Part shown: positions 10,004 through 19,790 of the stretch, piece by piece
How positions within the stretch are numbered: the first letter of the stretch is position 1
Layout: every line of letters starts with the position of its first letter
Assembly: GCA_965198235.1 (NCBI GenBank)
Contig: OZ240248.1
Span: forward strand, 64,001-128,000
DNA length: 64,000 nt
DNA from: Candidatus Poribacteria bacterium
Lineage (GTDB): Bacteria; Poribacteria; WGA-4E; WGA-3G
Direction: 5' to 3'
Position numbers and translations under genes: made by a program
The notes under the pieces: generated by a model
Database searches by the model: none
Told to the model about the DNA's origin: nothing
The model's input: the letters and a program-made list of their open reading frames with translations, nothing else

Positions 10004-11449
10004 CTATTGTTCACTATCGCTCTGTTTAATCTTCTTTATCTGTTTAATCTTTTTTAAAAGAGTCGTTCGACTCATCCCGAGCAAACCCGCTGTTTTACTG
10101 TGGTTACCCGAAAATTCATCTAACACCAGTTCAATGAGTGATTTATCCAACAGAGCAACAACCTCCTCGTAAAGTCCCCGCTTCCCTTGCGTGATAGCCT
10201 CTTTTGTAATGTCTTGTAAAACAGATTTGAGGGATACTTCCAGTTGTGATGTATCTGTAGAATCTATCTGATGCCCCGTTCGGATTTCTGGCGGCAGATC
10301 CTCCGGGAGAATCACATCTGCACGCGAGAGTGCTGCCGCGCTTCTGAGGCAGTTCTCCAACTCCCGAGCGTTGCCGGGCCATGAATAATCTTGCAATAGT
10401 TTCATCCCTTCTTCAGAAATACCCCACATCGGCTTACCAAGTTCCTCTTGGGCGAGTTTCAGGAAATGTGTAATCAGTAGTGGAATGTCCTCTTGGCGTT
10501 CCCGCAACGGGGGAAGGTGGAGCGCGATGCGCTTGAAACGGTAGTAGAGATCCTCACGGAACTGCCCTCGCTTCACCATTTCACTGAGCTCCTGATTCGT
10601 GGCAGCAATGACACGCACATCCACTTTAAGCCGCCGAGTCCCACCTAACCGTTCAATCTCTTGTGTTTGCAAAGCGCGAAGCAGTTTCATCTGTAATGTC
10701 GGGGTCATATTGCTGACTTCATCGAGGAAAAGCGTACCACCATTCGCCAATTCAAACCGCCCGGGTTTTCCCTCCTTTTTCGCATCTGTGAATGCTCCCG
10801 CTTCGTAACCAAACAGTTCGCTCTCTAACAGTTCATCGGGGAGCGCGCCACAATCAACAGGGACGAATGGTGCCTCCTTCCGGGGACTACCTGTGTGGAT
10901 CGCGCGTGCTACCAGATCTTTGCCTGTTCCTGTTTCGCCTTCAATCAGCACAGTCATCGTGTTGCTCGCCATGATTCCGATGAGTTTGTAGATTTCGCGC
11001 ATCTGGCTGCTCTTTCCAACCAATCGGTGTCCGCTCTGTGCTGTTGGCGATTCGTCTGCTGCTTCCACGGGCAAAGTACTTCGGACGGATTGTGTCCGGA
11101 AAGCACGTTCCAAGACACTTTTGACGATATCCAGATCGATCGGTTTTGGAACGAAATCGAACGCCTGCAAGCGCATCGCTTCTATTGTTGTTTCCACATC
11201 ATCATAAGCCGTGATGATAATTACTATTACCCACGGGTGGTGCTCCTTAATTTCGCCTAACGCCTCCAGACCACTCATCCCCGGTAATCTCACATCGAGT
11301 AAGACAACATCCGGCTTGTCAGCTGCAATGCGGCGTAAACCTTCCTCAGCATTATTCGCAATGCTCGGACGATAGCCTTCGCCTTCTAAAAACTGTTCGA
11401 ATGCCCAACAGATTTTTTCGTCGTCGTCAATTACCAATACATTTTTCAT
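10004..11449 (-). CDS. Sigma54-dependent response regulator (NtrC/AtoC family)
   Basis: REC domain (VLLDVRLP), [32 protein letters not shown] and a Fis-type HTH. Confidence 0.93.
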   Translation of the reverse strand: MKNVLVIDDDEKICWAFEQFLEGEGYRPSIANNAEEGLRRIAADKPDVVLLDVRLPGMSGLEALGEIKEHHPWVIVIIITAYDDVETTIEAMRLQAFDFVPKPIDLDIVKSVLERAFRTQSVRSTLPVEAADESPTAQSGHRLVGKSSQMREIYKLIGIMASNTMTVLIEGETGTGKDLVARAIHTGSPRKEAPFVPVDCGALPDELLESELFGYEAGAFTDAKKEGKPGRFELANGGTLFLDEVSNMTPTLQMKLLRALQTQEIERLGGTRRLKVDVRVIAATNQELSEMVKRGQFREDLYYRFKRIALHLPPLRERQEDIPLLITHFLKLAQEELGKPMWGISEEGMKLLQDYSWPGNARELENCLRSAAALSRADVILPEDLPPEIRTGHQIDSTDTSQLEVSLKSVLQDITKEAITQGKRGLYEEVVALLDKSLIELVLDEFSGNHSKTAGLLGMSRTTLLKKIKQIKKIKQSDSEQ

Positions 11450-11450
11450 C

Positions 11451-11502
11451 TTTTTAACTATGTGCTTCTTCTCATCGCTCCACTACGTTTCGCGATGGTT
11501 TT
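11451..11502 (-). repeat. TTAAAAA-end hairpin element abutting the response regulator start codon
   Basis: AAAAC CATCG CGAAACGTAGTGGAG CGATG ..GCACATAGTTAAAAA G ATG. Confidence 0.75.
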
Positions 11503-11551
11503 CGGTTCAGGACCATGCAAATTTGGATTCCATACCGACATTGAAAAGACA

Positions 11552-12835
11552 TCAATCATTAGAAATTCGCTTGCCACCCTCTATTGACAACAAAAACTTT
11601 TTACCATCCTCACTCATCTCATTGTTGGTTTCTTCCGGTTTCTCCTCTAATTTCCGCTTGAGAACCGGATAAGAATCCACGATCGGGACCTCGCTAAGGG
11701 ATGTCAAAGCTGGTTTTCGTTCTTCCGCTCTCTCGGTTGCTTCAGCGTATCGTTCATTTTTTTTAGCAACGTGTGCTGCGTCCCGCGCTTTGAAATCTGG
11801 GAGTACCCGTTCCGCAAAGAGTTCCAACGATTCACATATATCCTCATGACGGTTCGCGCCAGCCTGCTGAATGAAGACGACTTGGTCCACCCCAGCGTCT
11901 TCCATTATCTCTAAGTGTTCACGGACCTGATCTGGCGTGCCGATCCCTGCTCTACCTTCGGCTGGATCCTGTGGTGTTTGCTTATATAACTGCCAAATAT
12001 CCGTTTCCCCCGGTATTTGCGAGCCGTTGTGATAGTAATGTGCGAGCCCAAATCGGAAGAAGCGCAAACCGTCTAAACCGCGGGCGATGGCAGTCTCTTC
12101 GTTGTCATGGCATGAAAAGCCTGAGACCATGGCGATGTTCGGGTTCACCCGCTGCGTCAAGGGTTCACACTCTTTCTCGAAAATCTCATAATACTCTTCC
12201 ACCCAGAATTTTGCTTCGTCTGCATCGACAAATGCAAAGGTTAACGCCCCGAGTCCATATCTGGCAGCGTATCGAAGGCTATCGCGGCTGGGACAGGCTA
12301 CCCACGGAGGTGGATGTGGTGTCTGCAACGGTTTCGGGAGGACGTTGCGGGTCGGCATCGAAAAGAACTGCCCGTCATAGCCTGCGTAAGGCGATTGGCT
12401 CATCATTTTCGCCGTTTCACGTGTGCATTCCGCCCACATTTCGCGCTTACATTTTGGATCAACGTTGAATCCATCAAGCTCCATACGAGAGGCGGATTCC
12501 CCCGTGCCCCACTCTACACGTCCATTTGAGACGAGGTCAAGCGTGGCGATGCGTTCGGCGACGCGCGCCGGGTGATTGTAAGCCGGGGGCATCAGCACTA
12601 TTCCGTGTCCCAGTCGAATCTGTGTTGTCCGCTGACTACACGCTGCGAGAAACACCTCCGGTGCTGAGGAGTGTGAATACTCCTCAAGGAAATGGTGTTC
12701 AACCTCCCAGATATAGTCGAATCCAAGTGTGTCAGCCAGTTCCACCTGTGCTAACGCATCTTGAAAGAGTTTATGTTCTGCTCCGTCGTGCCACGGGCGT
12801 GGAATCTGATGTTCATAAAACAGCCCAAATTTCAT
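11552..12835 (-). CDS. LLM-class flavin-dependent oxidoreductase (luciferase-like)
   Basis: MKFGLF, WEVEHHF, HPARVAERIATLDLVSNGR. Confidence 0.92.
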   Translation of the reverse strand: MKFGLFYEHQIPRPWHDGAEHKLFQDALAQVELADTLGFDYIWEVEHHFLEEYSHSSAPEVFLAACSQRTTQIRLGHGIVLMPPAYNHPARVAERIATLDLVSNGRVEWGTGESASRMELDGFNVDPKCKREMWAECTRETAKMMSQSPYAGYDGQFFSMPTRNVLPKPLQTPHPPPWVACPSRDSLRYAARYGLGALTFAFVDADEAKFWVEEYYEIFEKECEPLTQRVNPNIAMVSGFSCHDNEETAIARGLDGLRFFRFGLAHYYHNGSQIPGETDIWQLYKQTPQDPAEGRAGIGTPDQVREHLEIMEDAGVDQVVFIQQAGANRHEDICESLELFAERVLPDFKARDAAHVAKKNERYAEATERAEERKPALTSLSEVPIVDSYPVLKRKLEEKPEETNNEMSEDGKKFLLSIEGGKRISND

Positions 12836-12925
12836 TTTTTAATTTTACCTTGCGGTTAAATAACGTGAATTTGAAATTTAACGTCCCTTTCTCGAATCCG
12901 CTCTCCATTTCACTACGAGCTACGA
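12836..12925 (-). repeat. TTAAAAA-end hairpin element (long form) abutting the LLM start codon
   Basis: CGTAGCTCGTAGTGAAATGGAGAGCGG..CCGCAAGGTAAAATTAAAAA ATG; the terminal 20 nt are identical to the copy at 54394. Confidence 0.75.
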
Positions 12926-13000
12926 TCCTGAGAAAAATCCATGAAAACGCACAACCTAACAGGTTATGCTACAAGTGCCCTGAAATCGCTCTATCTGCCC

Positions 13001-13774
13001 CTACATTTCGGTATCAAGTCTATGCATCTCTTCGTCAGTCAATTGCCATGCGAAAACATCTAAATTCTCGCGTAAATGCGGCACCGAACCCGATTTGGGA
13101 ATTGTGATGATGTCTTGTTGGACTAACCACCTTAGCGCTACCTGTGCCGCGGTCTTGCCATGATTTTCCCCAATGCTCCGCAAGACTGCGTCACTGGCAA
13201 GGTTTCCAACAGCAAGCGGACGGTGTGCCGTCATCACAATATCGCGAGCGTGGCAGTAGTCTCGTAGTTCTGACCGGTTTCTGCGCACATGGTATTCCAC
13301 CTGATTCGTACAAATCGGGAGTTCGGAGACTTCACATGCCTCCTCGACCTGAGCGATGCTAAAATTGCTGATACCGATGCTTTTGACGCTACCGGCTTCA
13401 TGAAGTTTGTGGAAAGCTTCAAAGGTTTCGGTAACCGGAACGGAATCGCTCGGATGGTGAATCAATAACAGGTCGACGTAATCCATCTGCAAATCGTCCA
13501 GACACTCCTCAAAGTGGGCAAGAACATCGGCGTGTCTAAGATGGGGGTGCCAAATTTTGGTGGTCAAAAAGATTTCCTCGCGATCAATATCAGTATCGCG
13601 GAGTGCTTTCCCGATCTCGCGCTGGTTCTGGTACATCCACGCCGTGTCGATATGTGTATAACCCAATGCGACGGCTTCTTTGACGATACGCCGACACTGT
13701 CTACCTTTTAGTTGCCAAGTTCCCAAACCCAATATCGGCATTTCATGTCCTGATGCAAGTGTAATATTTTTCAT
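13001..13774 (-). CDS. Aldo/keto reductase
   Basis: GLGTWQ, HIDTAWMY, DYVDLLLIH, IGISNF, IPKS. Confidence 0.93.
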   Translation of the reverse strand: MKNITLASGHEMPILGLGTWQLKGRQCRRIVKEAVALGYTHIDTAWMYQNQREIGKALRDTDIDREEIFLTTKIWHPHLRHADVLAHFEECLDDLQMDYVDLLLIHHPSDSVPVTETFEAFHKLHEAGSVKSIGISNFSIAQVEEACEVSELPICTNQVEYHVRRNRSELRDYCHARDIVMTAHRPLAVGNLASDAVLRSIGENHGKTAAQVALRWLVQQDIITIPKSGSVPHLRENLDVFAWQLTDEEMHRLDTEM

Positions 13775-13818
13775 AATACCCTTATGATAGACGATTTAGA
13801 AAAAAAAGTCAAAAAAAG

Positions 13819-13847
13819 TTGACAAACACATAGAGATGGTGTATACT
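13819..13847 (+). promoter_or_regulatory. Sigma70 promoter of the tRNA pair
   Basis: TTGACA-17 nt-TATACT, 15 nt upstream of tRNA-Leu. Confidence 0.8.
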
Positions 13848-13862
13848 ATTAACAACACTCAC

Positions 13863-13948
13863 GGTCGAGTGGTGGAATCGGTAGACACAACGGACTTAAA
13901 ATCCGTCGCCTGTAAAAAGGTGTGAGGGTTCAAGTCCCTCCTCGACCA
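13863..13948 (+). tRNA. tRNA-Leu(TAA)
   Basis: Acceptor GGTCGAG/CTCGACC; anticodon arm ACGGA-CTTAAAA-TCCGT; long variable arm; GTTCAAGT. Confidence 0.95.
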
Positions 13949-14020
13949 TGATTTAGGACCTGATGAAAAAAAAGCCGAATCCAGGCAAAACCGAGCAGAA
14001 GGTCCATAGTTAACACTTGC

Positions 14021-14094
14021 CGCAGGGTAGAGCAGCCAGGTAGCTCGTCGGGCTCATAACCCGGAGGACGGGGGTTCAAATCCCCCCCCTGCAA
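14021..14094 (+). tRNA. tRNA-fMet(CAT), initiator
   Basis: C1:A72 mismatch; GGG/CCC anticodon stem around CTCATAA; GTTCAAAT. Confidence 0.93.
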
Positions 14095-14208
14095 TCCCCC
14101 TTGAACTTTTTGTTTTTAAGGAACACAATTAGATTCACAAAGCCCTGCAATTGAAGTATTTTGCCCTTGTAGGATCCATCCCTTGTATCCACTTTTCTGT
14201 GCTGTCTT

Positions 14209-15791
14209 GTCAACTACCCAAGCCTAAAGACTTGGGAAACCTGTTAAGAGTGTCAAACAGCATTAGCTGTGTTGCTTTCTTAAAGCCCGAAATCTTTGCT
14301 TCGTTTTTGTTTCTCGTTTCATAGAGGGTGGTAACCCACGGCTCTCCACGAAGGGCAGCAGCTGCCCTGAGAAGTATGTTTATCGCAGCGTTGTGGTCTC
14401 GGTCTAATACCGTGTCACAAAAACTACAATTAAAGGTTCGTATCGCTAACGAAAGTTTCTTTAGCGATTTCTGACCGCAGCATGAGCAAGTTTGGGACGT
14501 ATTCTTAGGGTCAACTTGGTGGAAGTGGAAACCGTCTCTTTCGGCTATGTTTCCACACCACTCAAAGAAGGTTACCCAAGACGCGTCGGAAATGCTCTTG
14601 CTAAGGTGTTTATTTTTTACCATATTAGATACACGTAAGTCCTCTGCCACTAAAACATTGTTTTCTTTATGGTGGTAGAGTTTATAGACAAGTTTCCCGA
14701 TAAAGTCTTTGCGTTTGTTCGTTGTCCGTTCTTGGTGTAAGGCGGACGCATGCACGGCTTTATACCAACGCTTACTCCTTTTTTTACGACGGGATTGTGT
14801 TTTAGAGTGTTTTCGTAGTAAGCCTTCTGCTTTGCGATACCAACGCGGGTTGTCTTCCTTTTCACCGTCAGAAGTCGTCAAGTAATGCGTAGTGCCAACG
14901 TCAATCGCAATAGCGTCAGTCGGTTCAACTTTCGGGGTATCCGGCAACTCACAGGAAATATGTGCATACCAACCACTTGCCTTCTTAACAATTGAGACTT
15001 CTTTCGGGTCACCTTCAATCGGACGGTGCATGTATATTTTGACTTCACCTAACTTTGGCACTTTCAAACGATTGTGTCTCAAGTTAGTTTCAACAATCGG
15101 GTTCTGGCGGACACGTTCACCTGTCTTGAGTTTGTGTTTGCGCAGACTCCATGTCAAAGAACGGACGCGCTTTTTGTAACGAGGATACCCTTTTTTAGCG
15201 TCACCGTTCTTGCAACGTCTACGAAAGTTCGCAAAGGCTTTATCGTTGCGTTTGAGAGCAGAAACTTGAAAATCTTGTGGCACTTCACGAAAATCGTCGT
15301 GTTTCTCACGGGCTTTCGTCAACAATGTTTGCTGTTCATTCAGCGTAACAAAATGACCTTTTTCCTCATAAGTATATTTGCGATTATCACGGGCAGAGTT
15401 CTGCAGGTATTTTAAATGATCAAACCACTCTAAGAGTGTTTGGGCTTGTGTCTTTGTAGGACACAACGCATATCTAAATGTTAATTTCATGGTATATCCG
15501 TTATCCGTTCTTAACCCCTAATCAGTGGGTAGGCAGACACATAACCTTGCGGTTATGCTGATTATGTCTGCCAACGGATACTCTAATTATACCACATTTT
15601 CGGCTAAAAGTCTGCGGAAAAGTGGGCTTTTGTTTGCGAAAGCCAAACAAAAGGTAACGTTCTGCGAGCCGCAAGCCTCGCAGAACCCCACTTTTCCGAA
15701 AATGTTTTTTTACATAGACCCATGGTCTAATTCACAAGGGCGGGCATTCCTCCCAAACCTAAAGGTTGGGGCTTCCTGCCCGTAAACGTGG
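14209..15791 (-). mobile_element. IS200/IS605-family element, tnpB only
   Basis: Right-end hairpin CCCAAGTCTTTAGGCTTGGGTAGTTGAC; left-end hairpin GGCAGGAAGCCCCAACCTTTAGGTTTGGGAGGAATGCC; the left boundary is approximate. Confidence 0.8.
14210..15490 (-). CDS. tnpB: RNA-guided endonuclease TnpB
   Basis: RuvC residues in IAIDVG, AEDL and DRDHNAAINI; zinc finger CSCC/CSFC. Confidence 0.93.
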   Translation of the reverse strand: MKLTFRYALCPTKTQAQTLLEWFDHLKYLQNSARDNRKYTYEEKGHFVTLNEQQTLLTKAREKHDDFREVPQDFQVSALKRNDKAFANFRRRCKNGDAKKGYPRYKKRVRSLTWSLRKHKLKTGERVRQNPIVETNLRHNRLKVPKLGEVKIYMHRPIEGDPKEVSIVKKASGWYAHISCELPDTPKVEPTDAIAIDVGTTHYLTTSDGEKEDNPRWYRKAEGLLRKHSKTQSRRKKRSKRWYKAVHASALHQERTTNKRKDFIGKLVYKLYHHKENNVLVAEDLRVSNMVKNKHLSKSISDASWVTFFEWCGNIAERDGFHFHQVDPKNTSQTCSCCGQKSLKKLSLAIRTFNCSFCDTVLDRDHNAAINILLRAAAALRGEPWVTTLYETRNKNEAKISGFKKATQLMLFDTLNRFPKSLGLGS

Positions 15792-15935
15792 GTGAAGAGA
15801 GTGTTGGATAGTTATCACTCTTCCCGCCAAGCCCAAAACCCAAATGGCTCCCGAGAATGAACCGCATTGTTGTTCGGCTTTTACCGGTTTTCGGTGCTCG
15901 CTTCTGTGGTTGAGGGCACGCCGGAGCAAAAACAT

Positions 15936-15964
15936 TTGACTTTTTTTTAATTATATGTTATACT
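15936..15964 (+). promoter_or_regulatory. Sigma70 promoter of tRNA(CAT)-tilS-hpt
   Basis: TTGACT-17 nt-TATACT. Confidence 0.7.
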
Positions 15965-16009
15965 TAATGTAGATTTTAGGGCAGAATTTACACGCCCATT
16001 CAGACACGT

Positions 16010-16083
16010 GCCGGTGTAGCTCAGTGGTTTAGAGCACACGACTCATAATCGTGCTGTCCGGAGTTCGACTCTCCGCACCGGCA
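16010..16083 (+). tRNA. tRNA with CAT anticodon (elongator Met, possibly Ile2)
   Basis: Acceptor GCCGGTG/CACCGGC; CACGA-CTCATAA-TCGTG; GTTCGACT. Confidence 0.92.
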
Positions 16084-16143
16084 TTGCCTTTTTGGCGCAT
16101 CTTGCAAGTTTCCTAAACTTGCTGTCAAAAATAGGCATTTTTC

Positions 16144-17631
16144 ATGAAAGCCGATTTTGTGCGTCAGATGCACCGCTTCATTTTGCGGCACGCGATGATT
16201 AAAGATGGCGAGACAGTGCTTGTTGCAGTCTCAGGCGGTGCGGATTCCCTCGCACTCCTACACGGTTTGCATGCCTTACGCTCGCAACTCAACTGCCAAC
16301 TTCATGTTGCCCACTTAAATCATTGTCTCCGTCCAGACGCTGATGCGGATGCGGACTCTGTCCAGCAGCACGCAGCGCATTTGGAATTGTCTTGCACCAT
16401 CCAACGTACTGAAGTGGCTCGTTTGGTAAAGCAATGGAAGCTCTCTGTAGAAGCAGCGGCTCGGAGGGCGCGCTATCAATTTTATGAAGAGGTCTCGACG
16501 CAAATCGGTGCTACCAAGGTCGCATTGGGACACCATCAGGACGATACCGCTGAGACGGTTCTGATGAACCTCATTCGCGGGAGCGGATCCACTGGATTGA
16601 AAGGGATTACGCCTATAAGAGACATAAAGTTCATTCGACCGCTTGCGGGTTTTACACGGCAACAGATTGAAACGTTCCTTATGTCCAACGGATTAGTGCC
16701 ACGACATGATTCAACCAACACGGATACCCGCTATTTTCGCAATCGTATTCGCCATGAGTTGATACCGAGGCTTGAAAGCAACTATAATCCGAATATCAAA
16801 GTCGGATTAAGTCGGACTGCTGATGTATTAGGTGCCGAATCCGAATACTTGGACACGGTTGCACGAGAGGCGTTTGAAACCTGTCGGGTCCGAGATCCGG
16901 ATAGGCTTAAGGCACTCGCAACGTTGGAGAGTGTCGTGTTGGACAGAGCGAAGTTCCGACAGTTTCACATCGCAGTGCAGAGACGGGTGCTACGGTTGAG
17001 TTTCTTTGAAATGTTACGGAGTATGGGTGATCTCTATTTTGCACATTGTGAAGCGATGTTAAGCCTTGTCGAGGGGAATGCCCCCAACGCTGTATTAGCA
17101 CTGCCGAACGGCTTGCGATTCCGACGCACGTATCAATCCCTCATCTTTGAGGTGAACGCAAGTGCCAGATCGCTGCTTCCGGTTCAGACTGAGAGTTTTG
17201 CTTATCCGTTGGCTGTTCCCGGTAATACGTTTATCGCTGCTTTAAATACGGAAATTACCGCTGAATTGGGCGATATTCGGTCTGGCGAGACGCTTACATT
17301 ACCGGATGGAAAATATGAAGCAATTTTTGATTATGAAAAGGTAAGCGGAGCGTTTGCAGATCCCCCTTCAGAAGCATTTCCGCTTACAGTGCGCAATCGA
17401 CGACAAGGCGACCGGTTTCAGCCTTATGGTATGCGGGGAACGAAAAAGATTAAGGATTTTATGATAGATGCCAAGGTGCCTCGCTACGAACGCGATTGCA
17501 TTCCGATGTTTGTTTGTGGCGATGAAGTTCTCTGGATCGTTGGTTATACCACCAGTGATCCGTTCAAAATTCATTCCGGCACGCAGCAATATCTTTACCT
17601 ACGTTATGTCAGTGACAAAACCTTTTCCTGA
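16144..17631 (+). CDS. tilS: tRNA(Ile)-lysidine synthetase
   Basis: VAVSGGADS, HLNH, ARRARY, HHQDDTAET, RNRIR and a C-terminal TilS_C domain. Confidence 0.96.
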   Translation: MKADFVRQMHRFILRHAMIKDGETVLVAVSGGADSLALLHGLHALRSQLNCQLHVAHLNHCLRPDADADADSVQQHAAHLELSCTIQRTEVARLVKQWKLSVEAAARRARYQFYEEVSTQIGATKVALGHHQDDTAETVLMNLIRGSGSTGLKGITPIRDIKFIRPLAGFTRQQIETFLMSNGLVPRHDSTNTDTRYFRNRIRHELIPRLESNYNPNIKVGLSRTADVLGAESEYLDTVAREAFETCRVRDPDRLKALATLESVVLDRAKFRQFHIAVQRRVLRLSFFEMLRSMGDLYFAHCEAMLSLVEGNAPNAVLALPNGLRFRRTYQSLIFEVNASARSLLPVQTESFAYPLAVPGNTFIAALNTEITAELGDIRSGETLTLPDGKYEAIFDYEKVSGAFADPPSEAFPLTVRNRRQGDRFQPYGMRGTKKIKDFMIDAKVPRYERDCIPMFVCGDEVLWIVGYTTSDPFKIHSGTQQYLYLRYVSDKTFS

Positions 17632-18169
17632 ATCCGTTCTGATCTCTGAATCCTGCCTTCAGAACCGCATTCGCGAACTCGGCACGCAAATATTCACTGA
17701 CTATGAGAACAAGGAGTTGGTCCTGCTTGGTGTCCTTAGGGGCAGCGTCCTCTTTTTTGCGGATCTTGCACGTGCCATCTTTAAGGCGCAGCATGAAAGT
17801 CAAACGAAAGAAGTCGCACTTCGCTTTGAGTTCGTGCAACTCGTGAGTTACCACGATAGTATGCAGCCTTCGACAGTACAGCTCATCCGTGGCGGCAGCG
17901 ATTATCTCAAACAGCGACATGTCCTCATCGTGGAAGATATTGTTGATACCGGACGGACTTTAAATTTTCTCTGTGAACACCTTCAAACATTGAACCCGAA
18001 AACCGTTAAAGTCTGTACACTACTTGATAAACCTTCTCAGCGTCAAGTGTCTGTTGCTGTTGATTATATCGGTTTTGAAATTCCTGATACTTTCGTCGTT
18101 GGGTATGGGCTTGACTATGCACAGCAGTATCGAAATTTACCCTACGTTGCTGTTTTGGAGTCAATTTAA
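17606..18169 (+). CDS. hpt: Hypoxanthine phosphoribosyltransferase
   Basis: VLIVEDIVDTGRTL, FVVGYGLDY; tilS-hpt synteny. Confidence 0.95.
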   Translation: MSVTKPFPESVLISESCLQNRIRELGTQIFTDYENKELVLLGVLRGSVLFFADLARAIFKAQHESQTKEVALRFEFVQLVSYHDSMQPSTVQLIRGGSDYLKQRHVLIVEDIVDTGRTLNFLCEHLQTLNPKTVKVCTLLDKPSQRQVSVAVDYIGFEIPDTFVVGYGLDYAQQYRNLPYVAVLESI

Positions 18170-18238
18170 GTGCTTTTGGCACAGAATCAGGGCTGTACCG
18201 GCGTAAAATTCAGTGCAAAACGTATTTTTCATTTTTTC

Positions 18239-18267
18239 TTGACAATAAATTACATATTTAGTAGGAT
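18239..18267 (+). promoter_or_regulatory. Sigma70-like promoter of the cytochrome c gene
   Basis: TTGACA-17 nt-TAGGAT, then RBS AAGGAG. Confidence 0.6.
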
Positions 18268-18300
18268 ATCTGAAGTTATTATCTTGAAAGGAGATTCATA

Positions 18301-19083
18301 ATGCGTAAATTTGTTTCGCTTGGCCTCTGTGGCGTTTTGATTGTAGGGTTTATCCTTCTAACACAAGCCCAAATGTCAGACAAAGCGCAATTGGGGCGCG
18401 AACTTTTTCACGATCCAACTTTTAAGGGAACGATTAAACCCGGTAATAGATCAGGCTACGCAACTGGGCTTTCCTGCGCAAACTGCCATGCGGATTTCGA
18501 TGACACCGCAAATCCAGACGGTCTGCTCCGAGCAGGACACAGTGTTGTGGGTGTCCCGCACCGCGGAGAAGCAAAAGGCGGGATGATCAAGGGCGCGGAT
18601 TTCGCACGCGCAGCTGGCGGTGGTGGTTTCTGTTATGAGCACTTCTTACAGAGGGTACCAGGTGATAAAGTGAATCCCACTGCAATTCCAGCAGAGCATG
18701 CCGAAGCACTCATGGCTTATTTTGAGGCTATCTCTGGGGACAACAAAGGACCCGAATTTGAAATCGCAATGCTGGATGACGATGCGAAAAAGGCAGCAGG
18801 TGAGAAAATCGGTGCTATGAGTGGTGATTCAAGCAACGGATGGAAACTTTTCGGACGCGCATGCATTGTCTGCCATCCAGGAGCCAATAAAGCAGGTGTC
18901 GGTCCACAACTCGTCCGCTCCAGAGCCCCTCGCGATATTGATAAAACAATGGTGCGTTGGGCTACCAAAGTTCGAGGTGGTGGGTCTCTTATGCCGTTCT
19001 ATGCACCTGACATCCTTAGTGACCAGGACATCGCTGATATTCTCGCATTCCTGCGCCAAGAAATAGAAAGCACAAAGAAATAG
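18301..19083 (+). CDS. Periplasmic diheme cytochrome c with TsdA-like layout
   Basis: Signal peptide; CANCH and CIVCH; extra Cys in FCYEHF; distal MP motif. Confidence 0.85.
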   Translation: MRKFVSLGLCGVLIVGFILLTQAQMSDKAQLGRELFHDPTFKGTIKPGNRSGYATGLSCANCHADFDDTANPDGLLRAGHSVVGVPHRGEAKGGMIKGADFARAAGGGGFCYEHFLQRVPGDKVNPTAIPAEHAEALMAYFEAISGDNKGPEFEIAMLDDDAKKAAGEKIGAMSGDSSNGWKLFGRACIVCHPGANKAGVGPQLVRSRAPRDIDKTMVRWATKVRGGGSLMPFYAPDILSDQDIADILAFLRQEIESTKK

Positions 19084-19259
19084 ACAATCGGTCAGGCTGG
19101 GATAATCCTTCCCAGCCGCACTTTCTATTTCTGAATCTGTTTGATTTTTTGTAACCAACTCTCTTCGCTATTCGTTTGTTTCAAACAAAATAGTAGTCGT
19201 GTTAGTCCTAAAACGTATAAGCGTTTTGGCTGATCTAAATATGAAGAGAGGATGGTGTC

Positions 19260-19790
19260 ATGAGAGGATTTCGATTCCTTACAATATCTTTTTACATTCT
19301 CCTGGTAGGTTTCGTATTAAGTTTCGTGAGCTGTGGTGGGAGCAACCTAAACAACCCTGTATCAGAAGGGGATGCAACCGCTGAGGGTAGTGAAAGTACC
19401 GACGGTGTCGTTGAACTTTCACAAAACCTGGACGCTGAGGAGACGACGGGGCAGATTGCCAATCTTGACGTAAAAGTCACCGTTACGAAGAAAACGGTGG
19501 AACCTGGTGAAGAGGTGGAACTGGCTGCTTCCGTCAAAGGAGTTAGAGGTACCAGTGTCACGTTGAACTGGCTGAATATTACAAAACATGGGAAGCTTTC
19601 TGCCTCCAGCGAAAATCCAATTACTTGGACTGCTCCCCAAACATTAAATGGAGAGAACGTTCAAGTTGAAGTCATCCAACTTATTGTGACTGTGATTAGT
19701 GAGGTTGTTTCAGTCGGTGCCTCTGGAATTGATACTGATACCCAAATTTTTTCGGAAACGAAAACGGTTTTACTAACCGTTAGAGATTAG
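19260..19790 (+). CDS. Hypothetical lipoprotein, Ig-like
   Basis: Lipobox-like FVSC after a hydrophobic stretch; beta-rich, with ITWTAP. Confidence 0.7.
   Translation: MRGFRFLTISFYILLVGFVLSFVSCGGSNLNNPVSEGDATAEGSESTDGVVELSQNLDAEETTGQIANLDVKVTVTKKTVEPGEEVELAASVKGVRGTSVTLNWLNITKHGKLSASSENPITWTAPQTLNGENVQVEVIQLIVTVISEVVSVGASGIDTDTQIFSETKTVLLTVRD

Noticed and set aside
10004-11449. GAFTDA instead of GAFTGA in the sigma54 activator
   Set aside because: A common natural variant
13956-14005. Hammerhead- or box C/D-like sequence between the tRNAs (CTGATGA..GCC/GGC..AAAAC..GGTC)
   Set aside because: Extra A-run after CUGAUGA, AAAA in place of GAAA, no stem I and no box D; probably just a GGACC/GGTCC spacer hairpin
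15795-15930. Several short hairpins between the IS left end and the tRNA promoter
   Set aside because: No second copy or recognisable RNA family; cannot be supported by eye
13863-16083. tRNA-anchored genomic island or prophage
   Set aside because: No integrase, no duplicated tRNA 3' end and no phage genes were seen
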